The translations under genes were made by a program, and so were the position numbers. Shown in pieces: positions 1 through 13,000 of a stretch of 64,000 bases of DNA. The DNA comes from Negaprion brevirostris (taxonomy: Eukaryota): assembly GCA_030324005.1 (NCBI GenBank), contig JARDVH010000106.1, forward strand, positions 51,614,912-51,678,911. The letters are read 5' to 3'. Within the stretch, counting starts at the first letter, position 1. Every line of letters starts with the position of its first letter. The notes beneath the pieces are model-generated. The model did no database searches and had not been told where the DNA came from. It saw only the letters and a list, made by a program, of their open reading frames with translations.

Positions 1-160
1 TGGCCATGCTAAGTTGCCTCTTACTGTCCTCGGACGCGTAGGTTCGACAGATTAGTGGGGTAAATATGTGGGGTTATGGAGATAGGGCCTGGGTAGCATT
101 GTTGTCAGTGCAGACTCGATGGATCGAAGGACACCTTTCTGCACTGTAGGGATTCTATGA
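1..160 (+). mobile_element. 3' part of an HE1-like V-SINE
   Basis: ggccatgctaagttgcc...gcagactcgatgg...ctgcactgtagggattctatga, the same body and CR1-type tail as the full copies at 2585 and 61945. Confidence 0.85.
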
Positions 161-1804
161 TGTCAAACATGCCAAAACACTGATTTGTGATCAAACATTT
201 GATGTTAAGTGATCATTGCTACTTTGAGTGCACTGAACGCTCATCATCAAAACTGTCAGATAAGGCCCTCTCAGCATCCTATGCCAATTTGGAACAAAGG
301 TTTTCTGTTTGTTCCTACACATACCAAACCATTGGATTATACCACAGGCCAACATTTCAACAAGGCATCATCTCGCACTGTTGATTAAAGGGTATAGCAT
401 GAATCAAAAGGTGCATGATGGCAACGTGCCCTTTTTTTATTAAGTTGTGTTGGTCTTCATCCTTCCAGTCCTCAAGGCACAAACTCCAACTGCGGGTACC
501 CTTCTATTAATTCACACACGATTATTTTTCACGTTAAAAGAACAAGGAGTGAAAGGTATTTGATTATGAATCACTACAGAATCCAAACATAGAAATTTTC
601 CAGCTGGAGCTGGCAACAGGGGCATCTAGACCAAATGAAATACTTCAACCCCTGCCCTCACTGAAAGCAAATAATTCAGCCCAGAGCAGGGAATGAACTT
701 GAAACCTTTTGGTTTGTACACCTTAATACCACACTTCATGGTGCATTATGGACTCAACATCAGGGAAAGGTTTTATTGTAAACATTGAAAAGCTGGTAAA
801 AGTTTATATTTCTCCCCACTATAAAAGAGAAATGGAAGCAACATGAGTAGTTGGTGTATGAGGGGAAGATAGCGACTCCAGGAGAGCGGTTTATAAAAAC
901 AGTTAGTCAGAAAAGAGATACCTGGGGTTAGCCTTGCACCCCAGGATGTTATTGGAAAAGCAGATGTTTTTAGATGAAAGAAATAAAGCTCAGTGGACAT
1001 TAAGTGTCTAAGTTAGATCTGGCAATAGAGTTGTTGCCAATTCTGAACCAGGCATGCGCAGGTCTGTACCCCACTGACTTGAAGAAAATATTGTCAACAT
1101 GATCCATCTTGTGCATTTTTCTCATTCTTTTGCTTATGCTACTGTATAGAACTATTGCCTTTTTTTAAAAGTAGCTGATAAGAGAAACCAGCCTGTCAAA
1201 GTCCTTTACGCACCTCCATATTGCATAAGATACCTAGAGGACAGATTACAAAGCATCTGATATGTTGCATTTGTATAAGAAACTATATAACGCTGACACT
1301 CCAGATAATGTACTTAAGTATGTAATTGGCAATAGCACAGTAGGATTCTCAAAAACATGATACAGGAATACAATTGCTCCACAGACCCACAGAACCTGCC
1401 CAAGTTACTGCTTTGGTAACTAGCTGCTATAAAACCATCAGCGGTATTCAGGCAGGTATCTTATTCAAATCAAAACATTTCCAACATGAAACAAGTTCTC
1501 TACAGGTCGAGGTACACCAGTTTTGCCAGTGCATTCCATGTAAAATCTGCCAAACTAACACAAGCGATCCTAGAATATCAAGAGTGAGTCATATCAAGTA
1601 TGAATCGAGTCTCTATGATCTTGAATGCAAATTTAAAATAATTTTACCCAAAATTATCACCCCATAAAACTGAGCATTCCCACTCTGATCAAAGTTTCAG
1701 TTGGTCGCATGTATTTGTGCCTGTCAAAGAGGATCTTCAAATGCAACTTGTTTTTTTGACAGACACAATAAAGGTTTTGACCCATTAACAAATTAAAGAT
1801 TATA

Positions 1805-1985
1805 AAGATTATCTATTAGTGTCACAAGTAAGCTCACATTAACACTGCAATGAAGGTACTGTGAAAACCCCCTAGTCCCCACACTCTGGTGCCTGTTCGG
1901 GTACACTGAGGGTGAATTTAGCATGGCCAATACACCTAACCAGCACGCCTTTCAGAATGTGGGAGGAAATCAGAGCACCCGGAGA
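1805..1985 (-). mobile_element. V-SINE variant with the alternative tail, 5'-truncated
   Basis: Near-identical to the 3' half of the copy at 57745-58030. Confidence 0.8.
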
Positions 1986-2584
1986 GAACATGATGTTTAG
2001 TGTATGAATAAACTGACCAACATACACCAATTAAACTAACAAGCAGCTCAATATAGCTTATCTTAAATAATTTCAATGAGTTATAATCAGGTGGATGCTG
2101 ATTAAAATGTCTTAATTTTGCTGCTGGTCATTTTCATTGTATTCATTAAACTGCTCTGTACTAATCAATGAACTTCAATTTTTTTATTGCATAGATAAAT
2201 AAATATATATTTACTCACCCATTGTGCTGTTTCATAAAAGATATTAAACCTGGGATTATGCAAATGTAGTTTAGTGGAAGCTTTAACTATAACTGAACCA
2301 GTGGAATTTCAAGCACAATTTGTGACCCATTTTGCTCTTGCATAAAAACTGATGTGACTGACAGTTAAGATTCTAATGCAAGTAAGTAATTTTCAAATGG
2401 ACAGGAAACGCTAAACATTCAACAAAATACTTCCTGCAGCCTGACAAAACATTCCAATGTTTATGGTGAACATGAAAAACATTGACATTAATCATCACAA
2501 AGTCATTAAATTTACCACCGTCAGGTAGAATGTAATTATTATGGGGGCTATCACCGAGCCTTGATTGACATCAGTCAGGATTGA

Positions 2585-2895
2585 GTGGCATGGTAGCATA
2601 GCAGTTAGCACTGCTGTTTCATAGCTCCAGGGACCTGGGTTTGATTCCCAGCTTGGGTTGCTGTCTGTGTGGAGTTTGCACATTCCCCTCGTGTCTGCGT
2701 GGGTTTCCTCCCAAAGTCCAAAGATGTGTGGATTAGGTCGATTGGCTATGCTAAAATTGCCCCTTAGTGTCCTGAGATGTGTAAATTAGAGGGATTAGTG
2801 GGTAAAAATGTGGGGGTAGGGCCTGAGTTGGATTGTGGTCGGTGCAGATTCAATGGGCCCAATGGCCTTTTTCTGCACTGTAGGGTTTCTATGAT
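2585..2895 (+). mobile_element. Full-length HE1-like V-SINE
   Basis: tRNA-like A/B-box head, V-domain (gtgtggagtttgcacattc...gggtttcctcc) and CR1-type tail. Confidence 0.9.
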
Positions 2896-3419
2896 GGCTT
2901 TAGATTCTTCCATTCAAGACAGTCATACCATCACAAAACAGTTGCAGAATTGTGAAGAAGTTTCTCAGACATCCAAATCTCCAGAATACAATCCAGAATG
3001 CTTCATGATTTACTGAATCAAATGTTATGCCAGTTTGCTGAATGTAATGCAGGGTTCTTGGTGTTTGCAATACTTTTTGTAGATTTGTCTGACAATGATG
3101 ACCATGTCAGAGGTTTCTCTGTAAGGGCCAAAGCCACACTGTACCTCTGGAAAGATTTCTTCAGCCACAGGAAGTAGGTGATTCAGGATAATGTGCGTCA
3201 GAATTTTCCCTCCACAGACAAGAGGGAAATACCCTGATAGTTTGCATACATGATTTAGCCCCCTTCTATATGACAGTTAAAATTGTCACACTCCTGAAAT
3301 CAGGATTGGAGTTCTTTTACTTCCCAAATTTGTAGGATGAGGGAATGGCAGCTTAATGTCAACAAAAGCCCTCCAGTTCAGCTGGAATACAATTGGTGTT
3401 GCAAGTTTTGTTGTTCTTT

Positions 3420-3565
3420 ATGCAGCCTTAGTTTAGTGGCCTCTTTGGAAAACAGGATTTCCAACAATGCAGCACTTACTCTGTATTGTACTGGTACATA
3501 GGTTTAGATTTTGTGCCCATGTCTTTAGAGTAGCACTTGAACCTACAATTTTTTGATCCAGAAAT
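3420..3565 (-). mobile_element. Old Deu-domain SINE (SacSINE1-like) fragment
   Basis: Degenerate match to the Deu domain and tRNA head; similar to 22655-22960. Confidence 0.6.
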
Positions 3566-3835
3566 GTCGTATTATCAGACAGGTCATTACTGCTTTCGTT
3601 ATTGATGAAATGATCATTTCACATTACATGTGCCAGCCACCTACACATACGATGCAGACACACACATGAACGCACTGTAGTGGCGGTGTTGAATTCTTTA
3701 AAAGGTCTCATCTATGATGCATGCACAGTCAAAATCAGCAGTCTGGGTTCAAAATGTGCAAGTTGGATGAAGACAGAAAGTGTATGTGAGAAAGAGAGAG
3801 TGTGCATGAGAGTGTGATATAGTGAAAAAACATTC

Positions 3836-3964
3836 AGGGTGGGATTTTCTGGCCTTGTTCACCCTCGAACCAGAAAATCCCACGCAAAGTCAACAGAACT
3901 TTCCACGGCCTGCCACTCACCTGCTCCAATTCTCATGGTGGGCAGGGCAATAAGATTCATCCCT
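3836..3964. mobile_element. Short MITE-like element
   Basis: Imperfect terminal inverted repeats agggtgggatt / attcatccct; related to other gggtgggattttcc-type ends in the window. Confidence 0.55.
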
Positions 3965-4479
3965 CAGGGTCTTACACCTTCATGGCTCATTTTTTTGAAT
4001 ACTTGTCTGAAGTGGAAACAGATGCTTATCATGTGACCTTCTCTCCAACTGCTCAGTGACCCACATATGGAAATAGTTGGTGGATTCCAGTTGCCTAACT
4101 TACATGATTAGATTACATCAGTGTGCATTTCTTCCACTGTCTGTCACATTATCCCAGTGATTATGTTTAATGCCTTGCCACCACCCAAGTGATCATCCAG
4201 GTGATTGTCTGGGTGCTTTGCTAATGGGGCTGGAAATGGTCTTCATTCACACAGTCAATTGTTCCTGGTGAGTCCTTGCAGATAGGTTGTCTCTATTCAA
4301 GATCTTTAACAATTAGAAGGCACAGCAAAGGTGGTTTCAAGTCATTGGAATGTGGCTTTAGTCTCTTCTTTAAATCAATCAGCGGTTTTCATCCATCAAA
4401 TTCATTTTTAAAGCCATCCTTGTGAAGCATTCAAAATCATTCAATGCCTACCAAATTGTTGTCCTATATTTTTAAACAT

Positions 4480-5270
4480 GTAACCTGTAGGGGTATCACA
4501 GGGATTGGTGCTGAGATCAATATATGTTAATTACTAGCAGGAAGAAAGCGAATGTATTGTAGCCAAATTTGCAGACGACATTAAAAAAAAGAAAAAGGCA
4601 CATTACAAGAGTGATACCAACAGTTTACAAAGAGATATTGGTAGGTTAAATAAGTCGACAAAAAGTTGGCAAATGGAGTATGGTGTAGGAAAATTTGAAG
4701 TTGTTCATTTTGGAGGGGAGAACAAACGAACAGAGTATTAATTAAATGGAAAAAAACTGCAGAAAACTGCAACTCAAGGGGAGGGGAGCGCTTGTGCACA
4801 AAACACAGAAAGCAAGCACATAGGTGCAGCAGCTAATTCGGAACATTAATGGAAAATTGGCCCTTATTTCAAGTAGTTTGGAATATAATGGTAGGGAAGT
4901 CATTGAAACATACAGGATTCTTTAAGGAGTTGGCAGGGTAAACACTGAGAGGATGTTGCCCCTCATGGCAGAATCTAGGACCAGAGGATATAGTCTCAGA
5001 CTGAAAGGGTGCCAATTTTAGACTGAGATACAGGAGGAATTCCTTCTCTCAAGAGGGTTGAGCGTTTCTGGAACTCCTTGACACACAGGGCGTTGGGGCA
5101 GAGTACTTCTGTATATTTAAGACTGAGACAGATAGATTTTTGATCATTATGGGGAAGACGCAGGAAAGGTGACTTGAGGAATTTCAGTCGGATCAGCCAT
5201 GAACCTATTGAACGATATAGCAGGCTTGACGGGCCAAATAGCCAACTCCTGTTTCTATTCCTTATGGTAC
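4480..5270 (+). mobile_element. CR1 LINE 3' fragment, decayed RT C-terminus and 3' UTR
   Basis: aaatttgcagacgaca (KFADD), tggcaaatggagta (WQME) and a CR1-type tail. Confidence 0.85.
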
Positions 5271-5449
5271 ATTATTCTCTTAAAGAGAATCCACTAAATT
5301 CTTCAGCAACTTATCAAGCATTCAGCTTTATCTGGCCTGTCTACACTATTTCTGGTTGAGATGACAAGAAGTTGAGCTAATGTGAGGCTTCAATCAACAC
5401 ATTTCTTAAGTTGATAGAAAATGCATGAAATACCTATCCATAATAATGG

Positions 5450-5708
5450 TGTGATAACCCCCATGATCTTCATGGGGAGTCATTAATTGACCTCCCAGTT
5501 GGGCTCATTGGATACGAGCACTATGAGGACTGGTAATTAGCCCACCCATGTGGAGCTCACATACCAAGCCCAATTTAAGCAGGACCTTGAGAGCATCCAT
5601 TAACCTTGAGGGACCTGTTGTGTCCATCACAGGCTTGTGGTTATTGTTTATTTTCATTTGTGCAATAAATGCATGGTTCCTTCGCAACCGGCTCCTGGAG
5701 TTATTATA
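5450..5708 (+). mobile_element. Putative solo LTR (about 259 bp)
   Basis: Inverted ends TGTGATAAC...GTTATTATA, internal AATAAA, flanked by aatgg/attgg (5-bp TSD with one mismatch). Confidence 0.65.
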
Positions 5709-6689
5709 ATTGGGAATTCATTTCAGATAAATGACCAGCCATAAGTTTTCTGAATATCAGGATGCTACCAGAGTGATTAAGTTCAGATCAGCAACTTCTG
5801 ATTTTAAAATTCTCATGCATGTTTTCAAATCCTCTCATTACCTCAGCCTTCTGTATACTTGCAATTGTCTCATTCTGTCCTCTTCTCCACCTCCAATTTT
5901 GGTGGCTGTGCTTTCAGTTGCCTCGTCCTAAGGTTAAGAGTTCTCCCCTTAAACCTATCTGCCCCTCTCTCTCTTTCCTCCTTAGTCAAACCTCTCTTNN
6001 NNNNNNNNNNNNNNNNNNNNNNNNNNNNNNNNNNNNNNNNNNNNNNNNNNNNNNNNNNNNNNNNNNNNNNNNNNNNNNNNNNNNNNNNNNNNNNNNNNNN
6101 NNNNNNNNNNNNNNNNNNNNNNNNNNNNNNNNNNNNNNNNNNNNNNNNNNNNNNNNNNNNNNNNNNNNNNNNNNNNNNNNNNNNNNNNNNNNNNNNNNNN
6201 NNNNNNNNNNNNNNNNNNNNNNNNNNNNNNNNNNNNNNNNNNNNNNNNNCACAGCTCATCCTGCCGCTATTCCCAACAACATACAACTGGGTGATTGGAT
6301 TTTCAACACTTGTGGGTGAATTGAAAATCAAAAACAGAAAAAAACTGAAGTCCGATATAAGACTGAAGGTCTCTAGTTTGGAACCAGATGTCACCTCTGT
6401 TTGGACTAAAGACCTTTGCTTCTGGTGCCATCATTTTAATTCTCTACTTTCTCCAAGATAAGCTTGAGGAATCTTTCTACTAGAGACTTTATAAACTGCC
6501 GGACAACTTCAGACCATAATTGTGGCGTCCATTTTGTTTCAATTTCTTCATATGCATCAATTTTGCTTTTGTTTGGTTTTCGGTCAGCAGAATACCTGCT
6601 CCCAGAAGATCATTTGTTTCATAGTTTCTTTTCTTGCACCAATCACCATTCCCCTTGGTTCTTTTGCCATTCAAACTCTTCTGTCATAC

Positions 6690-6895
6690 AATCTCTTTTG
6701 CGTTTCACCTCTCTTTTATCCTCGTCCTACCCACCCTTTGCTGAAAATCTATTACATTTCTAACATTTCTCAGTTTTAATGACAAGTCACAAACCCGAAA
6801 CGTTAACTCTGTTTCTCTCACCACAAATGCTGGGTATTTCCAGCATTTCTTGTTTTTATTTAAGAGTTTTAGCATTTGCAGTAGTCTGCTTTTTG
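6690..6895 (+). mobile_element. Penelope-like terminal repeat fragment (family B)
   Basis: cccgaaacgttaactctgtttctctc...atttccagcattt motif, also present at 24270 and 26670; hammerhead core eroded. Confidence 0.6.
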
Positions 6896-7021
6896 ATTAT
6901 TGCCACTTCATTGAAATTGTGTCAAAAGCGATGCCACTTTGCCCATTAATTCCAATGAGGCCACCGAGATATTTTGCCCCACCCAAGTGATCCGCTTTTA
7001 AAAAAAATTGAGATCAAGTTC

Positions 7022-7100
7022 AGCTGAACAAGTATAACATGCCTACTCCCCAAACCTAATTAAATTTGATCTTTCATTAAAATGCAAGATTCTATTTTCA
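7022..7100. repeat. 79-bp direct repeat, copy 1 (copy 2 at 8966-9044)
   Basis: 72/79 identical positions without gaps, by manual alignment. Confidence 0.95.
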
Positions 7101-7902
7101 GGTGTTAAAGGCACTTTATGAATACATACATATTATCATGATATCTACTACCTTAATGGTACCTTCATTATTAATCACAATGTATTTTTTACTGATGAAA
7201 AGATAGGACATCCAAACCATTTTCTTGGTAACTCAACCACGTTCTCCCACTTGCTACTATAATGGATTTTAATGTAGTATTCCTCTGCACAACTGTTCAA
7301 TATCTGACATTTTAGTCAGTCCCTTCTTGCCATACTAAAACCAAGAATTACACAGACACATATCTGCAAACCAGTGGATACCTGGAAACTGAGAGTGACA
7401 GATATAAATGAGCTAATCTCGCCTGAATATGTCTGCATGCCTCTGTTCTTCTGAGGCTGTTGGCCATCAAACAAAAAAATATACTTTTTGACCTCGAATA
7501 TCTCAGAGGATTATTCTTTAGATCATGCGGTGGAACATTTGCATAGTAATTTGAATATCTGTACTTGGTTCAGCCAATTTATATAACAATTTTCTTTTAT
7601 ATTACAGTTATATTAAAATTTAATTAAAGCTTGAATCAACTGGCCAGGAAACTGTCAAAATGTGTGGCACGGAGCCATCTCTTGATGCTTCGCCCCATTA
7701 CCAAGAATAACACTATTATCTTTCTAGAACACTGAAGTATCGCTCTTCTTTCTTAAAGTTTTTACTGCCACTTTGAAAGTTATTATGCCTCTCTTCAGAT
7801 TCCCACTGTGTTATAAATTGCACCAGTTCATGGTCCATCACAATGATACCCTAATTCTCCACTACACTGGCTTGCCTGCAATCACAGGCATTCTTTAACA
7901 AT

Positions 7903-8542
7903 TGTGGTGACTGTAGCCAGGCTAATGGGGTTGGATTGCTAAGGATGAACTACCTGATGAGTCTTGGCAGCATGGTAGTAGAATGGTTAGCAATGCTGTC
8001 TCACGTCACCAGGAACCCAAGTTCAATTCTTGGATTGGATTACTGTCTGTGTGGAATTTATACTTTCTCCTTTAGGGGTCCATTATCGACCTTGACAATC
8101 ACATTTTAAATTGATGTTTTAAGTTTCCTTTCGACTTCGTTTTTTGTTCGGGCCGTTTTGGGGACTTGCCCCTTTTAATTTGTCCCTAATTTGAGTTGGT
8201 TTTTTACTCGTTTAGCTCGNNNNNNNNNNNNNNNNNNNNNNNNNNNNNNNNNNNNNNNNNNNNNNNNNNNNNNNNNNNNNNNNNNNNNNNNNNNNNNNNN
8301 NNNNNNNNNNNNNNNNNNNTTAATTTGAGTTTGTTTTACTCGTTTGGCTCATGAAAAGAACTACCTGATGAGGCTTAATTGATGCTTAAATCAGGAAGTC
8401 TCATGCTCCCTATTTAAAGCAGGTGTGTCAGATTCCCAGTCTGCATTCAGTAGGGAGCAACTGGAGAGTTGGCTGTGTACAGATGTATGGTGTAAATAAA
8501 GTAACTTGAAGAAGGGACTTTTGCTTCCAAGGACTTACTACA
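7903..8542 (+). mobile_element. Putative solo LTR interrupted by a retroposed insert
   Basis: Ends TGTGGTGA...TTACTACA, flanks caat/catt, internal tatttaaa and AATAAA. The insert at 7962-8357 is bounded by a 15-bp duplication. Confidence 0.65.
7962..8357 (+). mobile_element. Chimeric retroposon: V-SINE head fused to an unrelated T-rich tail, with 15-bp TSD
   Basis: GAACTACCTGATGAG at 7947-7961 and 8358-8372; SINE similarity stops near 8070; insert spans an N-gap. Confidence 0.7.
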
Positions 8543-8965
8543 CATTTCAGCACCACTGGTGATGCCTTTTTCTGAAGAAAACCAAGTGGGCTTGCCCTGG
8601 CATTTGCAATTTCATTTAGTTGCTTTGCCAATCCAGTGCTGTAAACAAAACAAAAATCATGAAGAATGAGGCAAACAACTTAATTAGATTTGAGAAGAAA
8701 AAACCCATGCGTTCAATTTAAGTGAGATTATTTTCTTAGCTAGAGAGAAGGGTGGCATAATGTTGGCATTGCGATGCAACTACAGAAACGATGCACCTCC
8801 ACATTTTCAGACTAAATTAAAAGGTATTTCATCAACTTAATGTTTGATTTTCTGATGAAAATACCATCCCTTTAACAACATTCAGACAAGAAACTAGTTT
8901 TTTTAAAAGCAGTAATTACTACGTAGACTAGGATTTGAAGAGTCTCTCGTAGTGAGTCGAGAGAG

Positions 8966-9044
8966 AGCTGAACAAGTATAACATGCGTTCTCCCCAAACC
9001 TAATTACATTTTTTCTTTCATTAAAATGTAAGCTTCTATTTTCA
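8966..9044. repeat. 79-bp direct repeat, copy 2
   Basis: Aligns to 7022-7100. Confidence 0.95.
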
Positions 9045-10669
9045 ACTTCACAGCTTCAATCACCTTCTTGTCCAAACCATTCATTTTATCATCCTAATTG
9101 AGAGAGATTGTTTTCCTTCTGGAAATGGATAACTGCAAAACCAAGTTGTTCTGCTTTCAAGAAAGAATTTGAGAAACAATCTTGTGTCAACTAAGTAGAG
9201 CAGAAGCAGAATGATCCAAATAATTCAGATTTGAGTTTCATATAGTTTCCTGTGTCACTTTGCTTTTCTTATTGACTCTGACTCAGGCAGAATTAGTTGT
9301 TCAGTGAAAAGCCTCTGTATGCTACTTCTACATATTCAATGTGTTGGTTGTCCCTTTATTGCCTCCATTCTTTTAAAAAGTCACAACGTTTCACAAGTTA
9401 TAATTATCAATTGAGTTAACTTCAGTCTGGTGCAGATTCACTGGGATTAATCAGTAACAGATCTTCTCCCTTCCACTACTGATTCTGCTACTGGCCATGA
9501 CTTATCATGTATTTCCACGAACAGATCATTTGACAGATTGCAACTATCCTCTTAAATCCATGTAAAACTTAATACTGAATATGGCAATGTTATAACATAA
9601 ACGCTGTTGCAAAGAGCTAATCAAAACTCCAGTTTATATAGACTGGCAACCAGTACTGATTTCATGCACACGTATTGTTAAGTTGGTTTTGTCGGTGAGT
9701 ATCAACAGAACGGATACAGTATTGATATATCAATAAATCTTGATGCAGCAAGAGGTCTGTAACATATTTTATAAACCCTTGATTACCTTACAGGTTACAA
9801 CTAGTACAGTGCAATTTATGAGCAGAAAGGACATGTCTCAAATCACAGAGCCATATATTAGGCTCATTTGTTAAATTATATCAGCAACCTTCAAGTCCAT
9901 GACTTCACTCTTAAGTGGTAATAACAGAGCAAAGTCAGGAAGATTGATCAAACAAACAAAGCTAGTTATATGATATTATCATTATGAGACCAGCAGAAAT
10001 AAATTGTGACCAGTAAACAGTAACATTGGACCTTAAACTGTACCTAATGTAACGTACAAGAGGACAGCTTGGCAAGTATGCAGAGAACCTATCTGTGAAG
10101 CTCAGCTCCTTTGGCAGCCTTCCCTCTTGTGAGACGGCGGTTTGTGCCATGGTGGTTATTCTGCTCTACGTCTCCTGGCATGGCTCATAACCCCCATTCT
10201 GACATGGCAGTCTGTGCCACATTTGCTCTAGATGAAGACAGTGGACTGAGATGGTGCACAATTTGCTGATCTTTTTACCAAGTAACATGAAGTGTAAATT
10301 TTTGGCATAATTGGAGTACAAAATATAGAAACAGATATAAATAGATTTGAAAAATAAAGTCCGCAAGGATAAAAATACGATGGAGTGGGCATAATTTGTT
10401 TCTGAATGATGAATGCAGCAGAAGTCCCCAACCAGAGCACTTTGTGTATCCTTGCCATTTCCATTGCTTTGGGTGTAATTTGCAACCTGGGTGCAAATTT
10501 CATCCAAAGTATTTTTTTCCCCTCATGTTTCTGCCCAAACTCATCTGCTGATTAGCAAACACAAAATCTGCCATGAACCATGTCCATGTTTGGACCAAGA
10601 TGGACTTTGAACTCCTCACCCAGCATACTTTGTCTATTCTTGCCACCTCCATTGCACATTCCCATTGAT

Positions 10670-12770
10670 CTTTAAAATGGATGAGGCATGAGCTGGCTAA
10701 GATGGACTGGGAAACATTACTGAAAGGAAGGGCAGAGGATCGGCATTGGCAGATATTCAAAGTATAAGCGGGTAAACTGCAAAGTTATTCATTCTTAATT
10801 GGCACAAGAGTAGAAAGGGAACTGTGGCCAAACCATGGCGTACAAGGGGAGTTAGAGATGGTCACAGATTCAAAGAAGTAGCATACAAATTGGCAAAAAA
10901 AATAGATGAGGATTGGGAGCAGTTTAAAATTCAGCAAAGGTGGACCAAGGGATTGATGAAGAAGGAAAAAATAGAGTATGAAAGTAAGCTAGCAGAGAAC
11001 ACTAGAACTGACTGTAAAAGTTTCTATAGGTACGTAAAGAGAAAAAAATTGAAAAAAAAAGAATGTAGGCCCCTTACAGTCAGAAACAGGAGAATTCATA
11101 ACAGGAAACAAAGAAATGGCTGAGGAACTAAATTTGTATTTTGCTTCTGTCTTCACAAAGGATGATGTGAATAATGCACCAGAAGTTCTGAGAAACACGA
11201 GTTTTAGTAAAAAGCTGAAGAAAATCAATATTAATAGAGAAATGGTTTTAGGGAAATTAATGGGATTAAAGACAGATAAATCTCCAGGGCCTGATAATCT
11301 TCTTCCTAGAGTACTTAAGGAAATGCCCTAAAGATCGTAGATACATTGATGCTCATTTTCCAAAATTTACAAGACTCTAGAATGGTTCCTACAGATTGGA
11401 GATTAACTAATGTAAGCCCATTATTCAACAAAGGAGGTAGAGAGAAAACAAGGAAGTATAGACCAGTGATCTAATGTTGGTGGAAGGGAAGTGGCTGGAG
11501 TCCAATATCAAGAATTTCATAGCATAGCATTTGGAAAGCAGGACTATAATCAAACAAAATCAGCACGCATTTACAGAAGGAAAAACATGTTTGACAAATC
11601 TATTGGAATTCTTTGAGGATGTGTCTAATAGGGTTGACCAGGGAGACCATTGGATGTGGTCTATTTAAACTTTCAGAAGGCTTTCGACAAGGTTGCGCAT
11701 AGCTGATTACTATGTAAAATTAAAGCACATGGGATTGCAAGTTGTGTCTTGAATGGATAGAAAGCTGGTTGGCAGATGGGAAGAAAAGAGTTGAAATATG
11801 TGGGTCTTTTTCCAATGGGCAGACTCGTGGGGTACTGCAAGGATCTGTGCAAGACCCCAACATTAACTATTTGGACGAGGGAACTAAATGTATTATCCCC
11901 AAATTTGCCTATGATACAATGTTGGAAGTGTAAGCTATGAGGAGGATGTAATGAGGCATCAGCGTGATTTCGACAGACTAAGTGAGTGGGCATATGCATG
12001 CAGATGCAGTATAATGTGGATAATGAGGTTATCCATTCAGTAGCAAAAATAGAAAAGCATAATATAATTTTAATGGATGTAAATTGACAGAGGTGGATAC
12101 TCAGTGAAACCTTGGTGTACTCATGCATCAGTCGCTGAAAGTAAGCATGCAGGTACTGCTGACAGTAGAGAAGGCAAATGGTATGTTGGCCTTCACAGCA
12201 AGAGGATCTATGTATAGGAATAGGGATGTTTTACTCTATTGTGTAGAGTGTTGTGGAGGGAGAACTGAGTGCAGTTTTGATGTCCACATCTGAGAAAAGA
12301 TGGTCTTCACATGGAGGGAGCGTAGTGAAGGTATACCCAGCTGATTCCAGGGATGACAGGACTGTCATATGAGGGGAGACTGAATTGTTAGGATTGTACC
12401 CATTGGAGATTAAAGAGTGAGAGGGAATCTCATAGAAACTTTTAAAATTCTAACAGGGTTCGACAGGGTAGATTCAGAAAGAATGCTCCTGATGGTAGGA
12501 GAATCCAGAAGTAGGGGTCATTGTTTGATGATCTTTTAAACCTGAGGTGAAGAGAAATTTCTTCACCCAGATAGTGGTGAATCTGTTGAATTCATGACCA
12601 AAGTAGCTGAGGCCAAAACATTGTGTGATTTCAAAGGACCAAGGGATATGGGGTGGATCAGGGTCTTGAATTTGATCATCAGCCAGGGTCATAATGAATG
12701 GTGGTGCAAGCTCGAAGGGCCAAATGGCTTACTCTTGCTTCCATTTTAACTGTGTATTTCTATGTATGAG
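10670..12770 (+). mobile_element. CR1 LINE, about 2.1-kb 5'-truncated decayed ORF2 plus 3' UTR
   Basis: ORF fragments KSFYRYVKRK, AEELNLYFASVFTK, DKSPGPD, WIESWL and KFAYDT; many stops and frameshifts. Confidence 0.95.
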
Positions 12771-12884
12771 TACTGATTCATCAGTTGAGAGAAGGCAGTC
12801 GATAATCAGCAGATTTCCTTACCTCTGTTTGACCTGATACCTTGAAATCTCATCTCTTTGGTTTGTATTTCAGATTTCCAGCTC

Positions 12885-13000
12885 CCTGATTTGATTTATT
12901 ATTGTCACATGTACTAGCAAACAGTGAAAAGTATTGGTTCTTGCGTGCTACACAGCCAAAGCATACCATTCATAGAGAAGGAAAAGAGAGAGTGCAGATC
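12885..13000 (-). mobile_element. Rex1/Babar LINE 3' tail fragment
   Basis: Near-identical to the terminus at 13770-13880. Confidence 0.75.

Noticed and set aside
6776-6810. Hammerhead motifs in Penelope family B termini (also 26668-26700)
   Set aside because: The CUGANGA core is destroyed and the copies are antisense to the gene.
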